A stretch of DNA of 42,478 nt, from IMG/VR virus record IMGVR_UViG_2698536308_000013, one strand, 5' to 3'. The position numbers and the translations under genes were made by a program. Under the pieces are notes generated by a model. That model had not been told where the DNA came from and did not search any database. It worked only from the letters and a program-made list of their open reading frames with translations. Below, piece after piece: positions 1 through 9,975 of this stretch (position 1 is the first letter of the stretch; each line of letters begins with the position of its first letter). Source of the DNA: a virus. Lineage: Duplodnaviria > Heunggongvirae > Uroviricota > Caudoviricetes.

Positions 1-561
1 CGGACCGTGATAACCGCACTCATCACCGCGATAGGTCCAGGTGCAGGTATTAGCAAGCATGATGCGCCCCGGAAAAACAGCGCCGTCCGTTTCCGTCGGC
101 GTGGACAGTACAAAGGAGGCACTCACCGCGCTCAGTTCGCTGCACTGCTCGATGCGCCAGCGGCTGATCACCTCCTGCTCCGGATCGGCGTCACTGTTTC
201 CGTTGACGAAGTTCACCGCATCCAGAAAACGGGCGTAAACCTTACGCCTGACCACCGTTCCGCCGACCAGACTCTGCAGGTCTTCCGCCATCCCGGTGAC
301 CATGCCGTGCAGATTAGAGACTTTCAGCGTTGGCCTTGCACTGGCACCTTTGCCGTTCATCTCAAATCCACTCCCCTGAATGGGATAGGCCTGATACTGC
401 CGACTCTGCCAGGTGACAGACTCTCCTTTCTCGTTCTGCTCATTGCAGAAAAAGTAGCGATCCCCGCCTACCTCGGTCAGGTCGATTTCCCAGAGCACCA
501 CGCTGGCCGACTGCTCCGCACGAATGCATTCATTCAGCGTTTCCTGTTGTATGTCCTGCAT
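1..561 (-). CDS. Minor tail protein L (lambda gpL-like); start codon at 559-561, 3' end runs off the left edge of the window
   Basis: Minus-strand translation from 561 reads [33 protein letters not shown]..., recalled as near-identical to lambda gpL N-terminus. Not in ORF track because no stop inside window. Confidence 0.8.
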   Translation of the reverse strand, partial: MQDIQQETLNECIRAEQSASVVLWEIDLTEVGGDRYFFCNEQNEKGESVTWQSRQYQAYPIQGSGFEMNGKGASARPTLKVSNLHGMVTGMAEDLQSLVGGTVVRRKVYARFLDAVNFVNGNSDADPEQEVISRWRIEQCSELSAVSASFVLSTPTETDGAVFPGRIMLANTCTWTYRGDECGYHGP

Positions 562-899
562 CAGATCACCACTTCGTCAAACTGACACGAAAAATCGGTA
601 TAGGTGATATGTTCTGTCGCTGACCACGTTCGACACACCACTCTGATTTTTCTGTTAATACCCGGCGGGCGCCAAAAAAAAGATTTATAGCCTTCATGCC
701 GGGCTAAAAATTTTTCAAATGAATCACGTTCATTCGCCTCAACTTTGAAATCACAGGTGAAAACGCGCAGAGAATGATTAAGTCCATTTGGACTTCGTTG
801 CTCATAACCATCACCAAATCTTACAGTTTTTATCGATGGTTTATTTTCTGTTTTCATTCCATCCTCTGGTAACCAGTGAAATTCTTCCGTATTAGCCAC
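561..899 (-). CDS. Minor tail protein M (lambda gpM-like), 112 aa, GTG start
   Basis: Translation contains [10 protein letters not shown]...[16 protein letters not shown]...FFWRPP, matching the recalled lambda gpM pattern (FRWKVKPGMD...VRFGDGYSQRA); sits between tape measure and L as in lambda. Confidence 0.8.
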   Translation of the reverse strand: MANTEEFHWLPEDGMKTENKPSIKTVRFGDGYEQRSPNGLNHSLRVFTCDFKVEANERDSFEKFLARHEGYKSFFWRPPGINRKIRVVCRTWSATEHITYTDFSCQFDEVVI

Positions 900-3800
900 T
901 TAACATTCCCCCATCACGTCGCATATTTAACAGATTGCCCTGCACCCGCTGATCAACCATCCCCATAAGTGCTTTTATTGCCTGAGGGCCAATCTCTCCA
1001 TTCTGGCCGTCATTTTGAATAGTGATTTGGTATACAGGGGCATAGGTAATATCTCCGCCTCCATTACCACTTTTACTATTAATAGCTCTGACACCAAGAG
1101 AACCATCGGAAGTTCGTGTTAATGGCATAATGGCTTCCGGTCCAGCCTCACCAAAAACACCAGCCCCTTTTGCAAAAGCAAAAAATTGCGGGGAATCATA
1201 AATACCGTTCGAATACGTGCTCAATGACGGAGACTCATAAACACCGCCCTTTGCATTCGGAATAAATTTACTAATAGCACTCCCGATAGTTCCTAAAATC
1301 CCCCCAGAAGAACTGTTACTAATGCTGTCGAAAATCCCAGTAATTGAAGCCTTTAATGCTATTCGACTAAGATCCGAAATCACGGAAGTAGCGAAAGAAC
1401 GAAAATTTGCCTTGCCTGTCGTGACAAAATCACCCAGCGCATCGGTCATCCCATCAAACATCTGAGTCGTGGTTGATTTTATCTGCTCACTGATATCCTT
1501 AGTGTCATCCAGCCAGTTATTGAATCCCTGGGAGGCACCACTAACCCAGTCTCCTGCCTGAATATCGAGCTGCTCGTTTTTCTGTCTGACAATTTCTTTT
1601 TCCCGTTCCAGAGCATCATTCAGAGCCTGCATTTTCTCTTGAAAAACATGATCTGACATTCCACGGGATTTATCTGCATAGTCACGTTCAAGTTGCAGAC
1701 GCTGATTGTTATATCCATGTTCAATCCGCAGTAATTCCTGCTGGCGTTGCTGATTTTTATCGCCAACCCCATAACCAGCAATCTGAATATCATACCCCTG
1801 CTGACGATTATCAATCGAAGCCTGCAATGAATCACGCCATGCTGTTATTTCGGCGGATTCCTTGATTAGCCTGTTATTTTTTTCAATCGCAACATTTTTC
1901 TCCATCAACGTGGTTATTTCTTCCCGGTGTAAGAGAAGCGATTTCTGATCCTGGGTTAATTTCGATGATGGTCGTGACTCTAGGTCGGCAATCCGCTGAC
2001 GCCACTTAACCAGTTCCTGTTCAGAGGAACTTAATTTAACGGTCAACTCAGCTTGTGAACTTAGTAACGCATTCTGTTGATTCAGATGATCAATCATTCG
2101 TTGGGCTGCATCATCAGAATAACCTTTCGCCTTTGGTTGCTTTGGATCTTTATAACGCTCATTTATTTGAGCGATAAGATTATTATATTCTTCCTTTGAA
2201 TACTGATTCTTTAGCTTTTCCAGTTTTGCAAGTTCACTAGCTCTCTGCTGCTCCCGGGTCTGATATTGTTTTGAAAAGGCATCTGCTCTCTGTCTGAGTT
2301 CAATTCCTTCCTGTTGTCGCTTGTTGTAATCGTTTATTGATGAATTTAGTACGTCCTGAGCAATTTTTTCTGCTTGAAGTACGCCCAATTGCTGCTTTAA
2401 TCGTGCCAGCCTTTTATTTTGAGCTCCGCCATCTCCAATGCCACCTAACCCGAAAACTCCGGGTCGGGTATTTTTTTCTATTTCATCAATTTGACGGAGA
2501 ACATCTGAGATTTTTTGATCAAGGGAGGCCTCACGGCCAATATCCAGCATGGAATCCCATGCCCATTTTGCGGAGTCTGCGACAGCTTTCCATGCAGTCT
2601 CAAGATAACCAAGATTTTCTTTAATCTGGTTGGTGCGCTGGATCATTGAGGATGAGTATTCTTCTGTCGCAATGCGGGCGGCCTCCTGCTGGTTCCCTTC
2701 ATCCTGTAGCGCCTTAATCTGGTTATAAGTCGCAAGTGTCAGAAAATGGTACTGATCATTAAGTTTTGATATGGCACTGACAGGATCCTTTGCAATTTCA
2801 TTGAAGTCATTAACCAGTTGTTCGGTTGATATTCCTGTTACTTCGCTCGTTTTTACTATCGCTGTCGTCACTTGCTCCAGCGAACTGCTCGCTACCTTTC
2901 CCGAACGCACAAGCTGATTTAATACTGCCGCCGCAGCACCAGTTGTCGAATCAGCCGCATTCCCGGCACGTTGAGCTATATCGCCCAATTGCCCGCTGGT
3001 TGTCCCCAACTGATTTCCGGTAAGAATAAGAGATTTATTAAATTCGTCCTGCTCCTGAGAGCCTTTATAGTAAGCCAGTCCTAAGACCCCAACGGCTGCT
3101 GCGGCCAGGGTAAAAGGATTAATTAATCCCAGCACATAAGAACCTACACCTTTGATCGCCGGGCCAATCCCACCGAACATATCTTTTAGCTGGCCGCCCT
3201 GCTGCATTAACACCATAAATGGCGACTGACCAGTGGACAACCCAACAACAATATCCGTCATTTGTACAGGCAACATGCGCATAGCAAAAGCCGTTTGTTT
3301 TGCCGACATTCCGGTTTTGCTTAATTGTGATTGAGTAACCTCAAGCTCACTCCGCATAGCACGAAGTTTTCCAGAAAGCTCCTCATACATTTCAGGAGAA
3401 AGCATCCCCTTAGCTTTTGCTTCATTGAGCTGTTTCTGTTGTTCTACCAGACGATTAAAAGCAGTTCCGACAGGATCAAGTTGAGCAATCAGACGTTGCA
3501 AAGCAACAACCTGTTCATCATGCGCTTTTGCTGCTTCTCGCTCTGCCTGAGCCTCTCCGGTAAGCTCTCGCCGTGTTTCCTGTATTTTTCGGCTATAATT
3601 CTCAAACTGAGAACCATTTATTTTCCCGGATGCAAACGCAGCATTAAGTTCATCATGCTGTTGTTCAAGATTTCTTAGCGCCGCAGCCAGAGGGTCGATC
3701 TTGTCCAGCATTCTTTGAAAGGCCTGAGCCTGCGCTTCCTGCTGGGCGGCAGCAAGTTTTCCGGCCTTCTCGGCTTCTCTCTGCGCTTGCGCAACCCCGC

Positions 3801-4125
3801 TCAATTCCTCTGTGGTTTCATTAAGTTTACGGACAAGAAATTCATATTCTTCTTTATCAATAAGCCCTTTATCGAAAAATTTCTTTAATTCAGAATAGCG
3901 TCGACCGACAGTATCAATTGCGGCACCAACTGGATCAATAGCTGCTTTTAATTTTGCGAGCGCGTTCTTCTCATCTTCTGTTGCCTTAGTCACTTTCCCT
4001 GCGCTATTTGCAGCAGTTTCCCCAGCCTGCGTCATTTTGACTAATGAGGAGGTCAGATTGTCAGCATTATTTTTCGCTCCAGTGCTATCAATAATTATTG
4101 CGAGACGCGAGGTTTGCTCTGCCAT
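892..4125 (-). CDS. Tail tape measure protein, 1077 aa
   Basis: Very long ORF, N-terminal coiled-coil-rich region with repeated AKxxDE / QQxxNE heptads, Gly-rich hydrophobic middle segment, position between chaperone genes and gpM. Confidence 0.9.
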   Translation of the reverse strand: MAEQTSRLAIIIDSTGAKNNADNLTSSLVKMTQAGETAANSAGKVTKATEDEKNALAKLKAAIDPVGAAIDTVGRRYSELKKFFDKGLIDKEEYEFLVRKLNETTEELSGVAQAQREAEKAGKLAAAQQEAQAQAFQRMLDKIDPLAAALRNLEQQHDELNAAFASGKINGSQFENYSRKIQETRRELTGEAQAEREAAKAHDEQVVALQRLIAQLDPVGTAFNRLVEQQKQLNEAKAKGMLSPEMYEELSGKLRAMRSELEVTQSQLSKTGMSAKQTAFAMRMLPVQMTDIVVGLSTGQSPFMVLMQQGGQLKDMFGGIGPAIKGVGSYVLGLINPFTLAAAAVGVLGLAYYKGSQEQDEFNKSLILTGNQLGTTSGQLGDIAQRAGNAADSTTGAAAAVLNQLVRSGKVASSSLEQVTTAIVKTSEVTGISTEQLVNDFNEIAKDPVSAISKLNDQYHFLTLATYNQIKALQDEGNQQEAARIATEEYSSSMIQRTNQIKENLGYLETAWKAVADSAKWAWDSMLDIGREASLDQKISDVLRQIDEIEKNTRPGVFGLGGIGDGGAQNKRLARLKQQLGVLQAEKIAQDVLNSSINDYNKRQQEGIELRQRADAFSKQYQTREQQRASELAKLEKLKNQYSKEEYNNLIAQINERYKDPKQPKAKGYSDDAAQRMIDHLNQQNALLSSQAELTVKLSSSEQELVKWRQRIADLESRPSSKLTQDQKSLLLHREEITTLMEKNVAIEKNNRLIKESAEITAWRDSLQASIDNRQQGYDIQIAGYGVGDKNQQRQQELLRIEHGYNNQRLQLERDYADKSRGMSDHVFQEKMQALNDALEREKEIVRQKNEQLDIQAGDWVSGASQGFNNWLDDTKDISEQIKSTTTQMFDGMTDALGDFVTTGKANFRSFATSVISDLSRIALKASITGIFDSISNSSSGGILGTIGSAISKFIPNAKGGVYESPSLSTYSNGIYDSPQFFAFAKGAGVFGEAGPEAIMPLTRTSDGSLGVRAINSKSGNGGGDITYAPVYQITIQNDGQNGEIGPQAIKALMGMVDQRVQGNLLNMRRDGGMLSG

Positions 4126-4140
4126 TTATTAAAACTCCTG

Positions 4141-4170
4141 ACAACAAAAAACCCACCGCGAAGTGGGTTT
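4141..4170 (-). terminator. Terminator-like hairpin just upstream of the tape measure start
   Basis: Plus strand aaaaaCCCACcgcgaaGTGGGttt; on the minus strand a 7-bp stem is followed by TTTTTTGTTG, about 20 nt before the tape measure RBS. Confidence 0.35.
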
Positions 4171-4290
4171 CAGGCGACATAATAGTAGATATAGCGATTA
4201 CGAGGCCACGCAATGCTTTTCTCCAGGAGCATCATCGATTTAATTAAAGACACCATCACATCTCTGTAACAGAGTGTACGTAATTAACAA

Positions 4291-4611
4291 CTACACACAC
4301 TGCTCCTGAAAATACTGGTCATCCAGTGCAAAGATCACTGCTTCAAATTCATCGCGCTCAATCAATACCGGATGAGTGGCTAAATATTCATTTATCTCTG
4401 TCAGAGATAAAGGCAAAGGCACCCCAGCCATTCCAGCATAACGTCGGGCACGGGATATTACCGAATAGGCGTACAACAACTCCTTAAGCACCGGGTCTAT
4501 TTCTGGTTCCGGTATCGGTGGCAACCTGAGTTTTTCTCGCTTCCATCTTGCCTTTTCCCCCCTTTCTCCCCCGAACTCCGATAACCACCGCTGGGCAGCT
4601 ATGGCTTTTTT
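4291..4611 (-). CDS. Tail assembly chaperone, T segment; -1 frame continuation that would be fused to gpG by programmed frameshift
   Basis: The -1 frame is open from the slippery site at the gpG 3' end down to 4291 and joins the tracked ORF 4291..4524 (…PPIPEPEIDPVLKELL…); layout matches lambda G/GT. Confidence 0.6.
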   Translation of the reverse strand, partial: KKAIAAQRWLSEFGGERGEKARWKREKLRLPPIPEPEIDPVLKELLYAYSVISRARRYAGMAGVPLPLSLTEINEYLATHPVLIERDEFEAVIFALDDQYFQEQCV

Positions 4612-5060
4612 ATCGTATCCTGCTTCTGCTGCTCTTTACCCTGGGCGATGCTGGCTGCTTCTGCAAGGATCTGCCAGTACAACTCTGGATTCTGCTTAAG
4701 CAGCGCGATCCCTCGTTCTGCCGTATATTCCAGTGCAACCTCAACACCATTAACCAGTTCACCAACCCCTTTCCAGTCTTTCAGCAGATAACGAGCGGCA
4801 TTATCAATGAGTAAATCATCAACAGAATCCACCTCGGAAACCTTTGAAATATCAAACTCCTTCGTTCCGACGTGCAAACTGGCATCCATTTTCTCAATGT
4901 GGCGACGGATTAATGCATTACGGGAGCGATACTGATCGTTATCGCTGCTTGCCACCAACAGTTTTAACCCGTCTACAGGTTTTAAGTCCTTCATTGGCGT
5001 AAACCAGCGTTCTCCACCAATGATAATTTTCTGATTAAGAATAAACATCCATAACCTCAT
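4599..5060 (-). CDS. Tail assembly chaperone (gpG-like)
   Basis: ORF of about 150 aa directly downstream of the tail tube gene, ending in a slippery site with an overlapping -1 ORF. Confidence 0.7.
   Translation of the reverse strand: MRLWMFILNQKIIIGGERWFTPMKDLKPVDGLKLLVASSDNDQYRSRNALIRRHIEKMDASLHVGTKEFDISKVSEVDSVDDLLIDNAARYLLKDWKGVGELVNGVEVALEYTAERGIALLKQNPELYWQILAEAASIAQGKEQQKQDTIKKP
4605..4611 (-). other. Putative -1 programmed frameshift slippery heptamer A AAA AAG at the end of gpG
   Basis: Minus-strand sequence GAT ACG ATA AAA AAG CCA TAG; A_AAA_AAG lies 1 codon before the gpG stop and the -1 frame stays open for about 105 codons. Confidence 0.55.
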
Positions 5061-5108
5061 TCAATGCGTCCCCCTGTAGGGCAGTACCACAGGAGGAATA
5101 ACGGAAAA

Positions 5109-6071
5109 TCAACTAATCGCCTCAGCACTGGCTTTTGCGATCACGGCAGCCGGGGAATTTTTTTTTCTGGTTATCGTAGGTGCTTCATCTGCTGCGGTAA
5201 TGCTCAATTGAACCTGGATAATGTCGCTATTACCCCCATCAGGCCATTCACCTGACACCTGAACCTTCGGGAAACTGAAAGTGTATGCCCCCTCTCCATT
5301 CGAAAGCGTGAAGCTGAACGGAACTGTTTCTCCAGTCAGTGTTTTACTCCAGATTTCCCACGCGGCTTTAGACCATGAAAGCGTCACCGTACCGGACGGT
5401 GTAAAAGTAGTCGGAATATTTGCTCCTGCATAAGGCGAGCCAGTCCCGATACAACGCTGTGTCTGGAGTTTGTTATCGAACTGAATATCAAAACTGTCGA
5501 TACAAAAACCGTTACCTCCGGCAACACCATTCAGGCTTACTGCTGAAACCTCCTTAAACGAATAACGTAGCTTTCCTGCACTATCCACAGGTTCGCCTTT
5601 GATAAAATTCGTATCATCGGCCTTTGATTCCCAGTCCAGTCCGGCAAAGGTTACGGTCGCTGTAATATCGCCGTCGTTAGGGATCTGCATTTTCCATGAG
5701 CCAACCTGCGCTCCTCTGACGACAGAGGCAATTCCGACATCGGACGCATAGGTCGCCAGAGAAAATGTTATTCGCTCATTCCCCATTGTCAGAGAATCGC
5801 CTGACCATTCCGCGCCGAAACAGGATGCAAGAAAATCATCATGTTGACCCCAGCGAAATTTGGTACCAACATCACCGCCGACATCCACAGTGCCAGGCGT
5901 CGCCCCCTGAGCCATCCGGGAGCCACCAATCTCATTATTTTCGCCTTTATTCTGGGTGGGTTTTACTCCCCAGCTTGTGCGTTTTAATAAACTCCAGTCA
6001 CCACTTGCTGGCGTAGTGCCTGCAACCGTCTCCCGGATAAATGCCGAGATAACCTTTGCACCTGAACTCAC
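5109..6071 (-). CDS. Major tail tube protein (gpV-like) with C-terminal Ig-like domain
   Basis: 320 aa, Ser/Thr/Gly-rich beta-type composition, position immediately upstream of the G/GT chaperones. Confidence 0.7.
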   Translation of the reverse strand: MSSGAKVISAFIRETVAGTTPASGDWSLLKRTSWGVKPTQNKGENNEIGGSRMAQGATPGTVDVGGDVGTKFRWGQHDDFLASCFGAEWSGDSLTMGNERITFSLATYASDVGIASVVRGAQVGSWKMQIPNDGDITATVTFAGLDWESKADDTNFIKGEPVDSAGKLRYSFKEVSAVSLNGVAGGNGFCIDSFDIQFDNKLQTQRCIGTGSPYAGANIPTTFTPSGTVTLSWSKAAWEIWSKTLTGETVPFSFTLSNGEGAYTFSFPKVQVSGEWPDGGNSDIIQVQLSITAADEAPTITRKKNSPAAVIAKASAEAIS

Positions 6072-6097
6072 AGGAGCCTCCTATGTCATTAATTGCG

Positions 6098-6490
6098 CTA
6101 GAGCGCGCGATATGGAATTTGAAGATTAAGCTGGAACCAGCCATTCTTTTCGCCAACGGCTATTGAGGAAACAGCCTGGTAACTGAGACGATCGTCATCC
6201 TGAAACTCAAACAGTTCCCGCAATTTATCGGCTGTCTCAGTAATGAGTTTTGAACCAGAACCTGCGGGGACAAATAACTGAATAATGATTATCCCCGTGC
6301 GATAAACAACCGGCCCCGCGCCAATTTCATTAACTCCAGCCTGCCCGGGAATATTACTTAACCGCGCCCAGATTAACTTACCGGAAGGATCGAACGTTGG
6401 CCCGTTCGGATACAATACGTCTTTTCCATCAATAATCGTCTGTGCCGTCATTCTGGAAATAACCGTATTTCTGATTTCAGTAAACTTCAT
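6098..6490 (-). CDS. Tail terminator-like protein (gpU / DUF3168-like)
   Basis: 130 aa ORF between the tail completion and tail tube genes; assignment by position and size. Confidence 0.5.
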   Translation of the reverse strand: MKFTEIRNTVISRMTAQTIIDGKDVLYPNGPTFDPSGKLIWARLSNIPGQAGVNEIGAGPVVYRTGIIIIQLFVPAGSGSKLITETADKLRELFEFQDDDRLSYQAVSSIAVGEKNGWFQLNLQIPYRAL

Positions 6491-6867
6491 TTGTAAGCCT
6501 GTAAAACACCATGAAAAGCGTTGGCATACACGCCAGTTGGCGCTTGTTGTGAATGACCGTTTTCAAGAGCCTCTGCATAAGGAAGGTTATTCTGGATATA
6601 AATAACCCCGTAATTTGCAGCTTTCGAAATAACCCCGATCCCACGCTGAACAGCAATCGTACCGTTCGGATCCACGTTATCAGATATACCAAAATCGGGA
6701 TGCTGTAACGACACCAGGTTGTTATTTCTGAAACGTCCGGTATCAACCGGAGCAGCAATATCAATAGCAGTAAGAATCTGCATAGCGATGTAGCGAATCT
6801 TCAGCCCTACATCTTCCTCAATCATCCCGGCAAATATTGACGGTTCTATATCCCATGCCTTTGCCAT
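6487..6867 (-). CDS. Tail completion protein (HK97 gp10-like)
   Basis: 126 aa ORF, overlapping start/stop with neighbours, in the head-tail joining gene block. Confidence 0.5.
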   Translation of the reverse strand: MAKAWDIEPSIFAGMIEEDVGLKIRYIAMQILTAIDIAAPVDTGRFRNNNLVSLQHPDFGISDNVDPNGTIAVQRGIGVISKAANYGVIYIQNNLPYAEALENGHSQQAPTGVYANAFHGVLQAYK

Positions 6868-7251
6868 TTACGCTCTCCTTAACTGGATAGAGTAAACTGA
6901 TGCGGAAGGATCTACACTTGCTGTAATTACCTCGTATCGTTGTAACTGCCTTGATACAGGATCATAAATCTCAATAATATGGTCGACAGCTGGTTTATCC
7001 GTAACCTCGCATACCAGAGCGGTTAATTTAAGGTCACCATGCAAAATATTAATCCCATCAATTCTGCCCAGCTTATAACGTGTCAACACGCCTCGCCCGG
7101 TATAGATTGCGGTGGATTCGCCGCCAGTTTCCGTCACAGGATCCCAGTGCCGGTGCGTAACGTAAGAACCAGAAAAATCACTCACGGCGTCCGCTAAATC
7201 CTCATCAAAAGCAGCGGCAACCTCTGACTGAATCTCTTCACGAAGCCCCAT
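6868..7251 (-). CDS. Head-tail adaptor / head closure protein
   Basis: 127 aa ORF translationally coupled to the connector gene; synteny only. Confidence 0.45.
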   Translation of the reverse strand: MGLREEIQSEVAAAFDEDLADAVSDFSGSYVTHRHWDPVTETGGESTAIYTGRGVLTRYKLGRIDGINILHGDLKLTALVCEVTDKPAVDHIIEIYDPVSRQLQRYEVITASVDPSASVYSIQLRRA

Positions 7252-7646
7252 TATCCCCCCCTCACAACCCTGACTTGTGAGCGACTAAGTCCGTACGGTT
7301 TCAGCAGTGCTATCGCAAGCTGTAAATCGGGTTCAAGCAATGCAGTGCTGTTTGCTGGCAACTCAGAAAATGATTTCGATACACTGACCCCGTCAGCCGA
7401 CACGGCTTTACTGATAACAACGCCAGAATCATTTTTCTGCTGAAACAACTTACCGAATGAGGCAATTCTGGCTGCATATGCTCCCGCAAGTTTTACCTCT
7501 TCCGGAATACGGGATGGGTTAATTTTCAGGTTGAAGCCATTAAGCCAGGCATTAGCCATTAAAACAGCTTTATTTTTAGCGTTCTCACTCGTCCAGGCGT
7601 TCCCAAACGCATTATCAACGTCATCACAGGTCACGTAAGTGATCAT
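7251..7646 (-). CDS. Head-tail connector protein (gp6-like)
   Basis: 131 aa ORF directly downstream of the capsid gene block; synteny and size. Confidence 0.5.
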   Translation of the reverse strand: MITYVTCDDVDNAFGNAWTSENAKNKAVLMANAWLNGFNLKINPSRIPEEVKLAGAYAARIASFGKLFQQKNDSGVVISKAVSADGVSVSKSFSELPANSTALLEPDLQLAIALLKPYGLSRSQVRVVRGG

Positions 7647-7649
7647 GTG

Positions 7650-7826
7650 TTACTCCTGAGTTTTCCAGCCCATAGCCTTCCAGTTGTCAACTTCATCAGG
7701 ATGAACATTAGCGATAGTTGGTGCGCCGGGAAACATCTGATAATCGGTCACCATAACCACTAACTCAATTTGCGTTTTTTGTGCGGCTTCACGCTGTGCT
7801 CTTTGCTCTTTAGTTAATCCGGCCAT
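7650..7826 (-). CDS. Small hypothetical head-module protein, 58 aa
   Basis: Untracked ORF MAGLTKEQRAQREAAQKTQIELVVMVTDYQ..., G-rich RBS, stop 4 nt before the next gene start. Confidence 0.35.
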   Translation of the reverse strand: MAGLTKEQRAQREAAQKTQIELVVMVTDYQMFPGAPTIANVHPDEVDNWKAMGWKTQE

Positions 7827-7836
7827 ATGCCCCCCA

Positions 7837-7858
7837 TTAAAAATGGGGCCGAAGCCCC
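7837..7858 (-). terminator. Intrinsic terminator-like hairpin after the major capsid gene
   Basis: Minus strand GGGGCttcgGCCCC followed by ATTTTTAA, 11 nt after the capsid stop. Confidence 0.45.
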
Positions 7859-7868
7859 GTTTGAATGT

Positions 7869-9008
7869 TTAACCAAGAATCAGACAACCATGTGCCGGCT
7901 TCACTGATGAAACACCCCATGCCAGTCCAACTTCATAGCGCACCTGGCGATACTGACGATACAGTGCAATCTGGAACGTAATCCCTGAAATCGGGTCCGT
8001 AACATTCATTACATCATCAGCATTATCGCCACCTTCCGGCATTGCCGGAGTACGGGATGCCAGCAGAAACGCGTTGCGATCAAACGCCATATTTGCAGTA
8101 AAGGCCCCAACAACTGTGATGGCAGTATCATCGGCCAGATCCTGACGCAGTCCGGGCGCTGCAAGAGTAATCAGATTGCTGGTCGCTGCTGCCACAACAT
8201 ACTGATTCGGATCACCAGCGAACGTAACAATCTGACCTGCAGAAATACTCCCCGAACCAGTATCAATGGAAATAAGAACATCGCCTTCTTTTTTCTCTCC
8301 ATTCACGAGATAACCAGTTGCAGCAACCTTTGGCGCTCGTTTCACACCTGCCGAACTGTGAATATTGAATCCCTCCAGACGCCCCAACACGCCCTCACGC
8401 AGTAGCTGTTCAGTGCCGGATTCATTCACTTTAAACAATACAGACTGTTTTCCGCGCAAATTAGCAATGGCAGTGGAGCCAAGCACCATCTGCAGATCGG
8501 TTGTCGGTGCGCCGTTATCCTCCAGAACCTGACGAGCCAGAGCAGCATCAGAAAGATCATCTTTAACACCAAACGGCGTTGTCCCTGCGGTTCCCACGGC
8601 GCGGGAAGCACCGAAATACAACGCACCAAGATCAGCCTCAACCTCGTTTGCAAGGGCGCGAAAAGCCTGCTTGAACTGATCAGCCAGAATGGTGTTGTAA
8701 GTCCCTGAAGGGCCAAGAGCCAGTTGTTCTTCACCATTCCATTTAACCGGTGCCATTTTGGATTTAGTAATTTTTACATCAACAGTGCCAATATTTTGAT
8801 CACCGGTATTCGGAGCTGACGGCCCCGGTACGATATCTTCGGTTTTCGCCTCAGGCGCAACTGGCGCGGTTACCGTCTGATCTTTTGCTGCGGCGTCAGC
8901 TTTTGCGTTTTTTGCTACCGCAGGGATAAAACCTACCTGCTCACGGGATACAACATCCAGGGCGGTATAAATAGTCGGGATCAACCCGGTCAGGGTATTT
9001 CCAGCCAT
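7869..9008 (-). CDS. Major capsid protein, about 379 aa
   Basis: Large ORF after the scaffold gene; likely start at the internal Met MAGNTLTGLIP (cat at 9006-9008); terminator hairpin downstream. Confidence 0.75.
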   Translation of the reverse strand: MAGNTLTGLIPTIYTALDVVSREQVGFIPAVAKNAKADAAAKDQTVTAPVAPEAKTEDIVPGPSAPNTGDQNIGTVDVKITKSKMAPVKWNGEEQLALGPSGTYNTILADQFKQAFRALANEVEADLGALYFGASRAVGTAGTTPFGVKDDLSDAALARQVLEDNGAPTTDLQMVLGSTAIANLRGKQSVLFKVNESGTEQLLREGVLGRLEGFNIHSSAGVKRAPKVAATGYLVNGEKKEGDVLISIDTGSGSISAGQIVTFAGDPNQYVVAAATSNLITLAAPGLRQDLADDTAITVVGAFTANMAFDRNAFLLASRTPAMPEGGDNADDVMNVTDPISGITFQIALYRQYRQVRYEVGLAWGVSSVKPAHGCLILG

Positions 9009-9106
9009 AATTAAATATTCCTTAAAAATTTGCGTAATTGTGAATAGATGGAGTAATGAGCTATCCAGCCCTGACACCAGCTCCCATCCGGAAGCTGACA
9101 AATGTG

Positions 9107-9871
9107 TTAATCAACGATTGTGATACCGTCTTTCAATGCGTTTTGCTTACCTGCAACATCCAGTGCATCAAAAGCAGAGCGTTTCATCGTTTTCTGACCA
9201 ATATCATGCTGTGTCGGACGGGAGCCGCCGCCATTGTTGCCACTGGCTTTCAGGATGTAGTCTTTCTGAGGGTAATTTTCGACAAGGAACTCCAGCGCCT
9301 CATCAAACTGCGCCAGTTCGCCAGGCTTCGCGCGGGAATAAATTTTGTTGCCGGAAGCGTCATAAGCAACGATCCTCCCTTCTTCCACTTTGAATGCCTG
9401 CCCGAAGCGGGCTTGTAATAAATCTGCCGGGATCGCAATTTTATCGGCAATATATTTTGAACCCGCAAAACTACCGCCAATCATAGAATCGTAAAGCTGC
9501 TTCTCCAGCATCTGAGAGCGTTGCTTTTCTTCATCTAATTGCTGCTGAAAATTTTTCGTAATTTCTGCCTTAACCTGGTCAACCTGTCCCGCATCGAGCA
9601 GCTTTTTCTGGTCGATTTTTGACAGCATTTCCAGTGCCTCGATCGCCTTCTTCGGGTCTTCGATAGCGGCAAACTTAGCCAGTTTTTCCTCTGCAGCTTC
9701 TTTAGCCAGGCGATGATTTTTTGCCTCGCCATTAAGCTCTGTAATTTTTTTTGTCGCCAGCGGTGCATCGAAGCCAATTTCTTTACCATCGTCGTGCACA
9801 TAAACTGGCAGGCCAGCAGTATCAATTTCTGCGTATTGTTTTCCGTTAATCTCGACCGTTTTCAGTTTCAT
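9107..9871 (-). CDS. Head scaffolding protein
   Basis: Charged, helical, Lys/Glu/Gln-rich ORF between the morphogenesis gene and the major capsid gene; start chosen at MKLKTVEING. Confidence 0.5.
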   Translation of the reverse strand: MKLKTVEINGKQYAEIDTAGLPVYVHDDGKEIGFDAPLATKKITELNGEAKNHRLAKEAAEEKLAKFAAIEDPKKAIEALEMLSKIDQKKLLDAGQVDQVKAEITKNFQQQLDEEKQRSQMLEKQLYDSMIGGSFAGSKYIADKIAIPADLLQARFGQAFKVEEGRIVAYDASGNKIYSRAKPGELAQFDEALEFLVENYPQKDYILKASGNNGGGSRPTQHDIGQKTMKRSAFDALDVAGKQNALKDGITIVD

Positions 9872-9975
9872 ATTAGTACCTGGTTTAAGTCTTCCGACAG
9901 TTACGCTGCTCACCATCCGGATCGCAGCAATAAAAAAGGCCACCCGAAGGTAGCCTGTTGTAATAAATGATTTAT

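Noticed and set aside
7-585. Plus-strand ORF of 192 aa (and nested 41..238)
   Set aside because: It is antisense to the gpL coding frame, which reads as a clear lambda L homologue on the minus strand; no RBS; treated as a shadow ORF.
1620-3678. Several ORFs inside the tape measure gene (1620..1835 minus, 2337..2624, 2826..3023, 3331..3678 plus)
   Set aside because: Alternative or antisense frames within the tape measure gene, with odd low-complexity composition and no translation signals.
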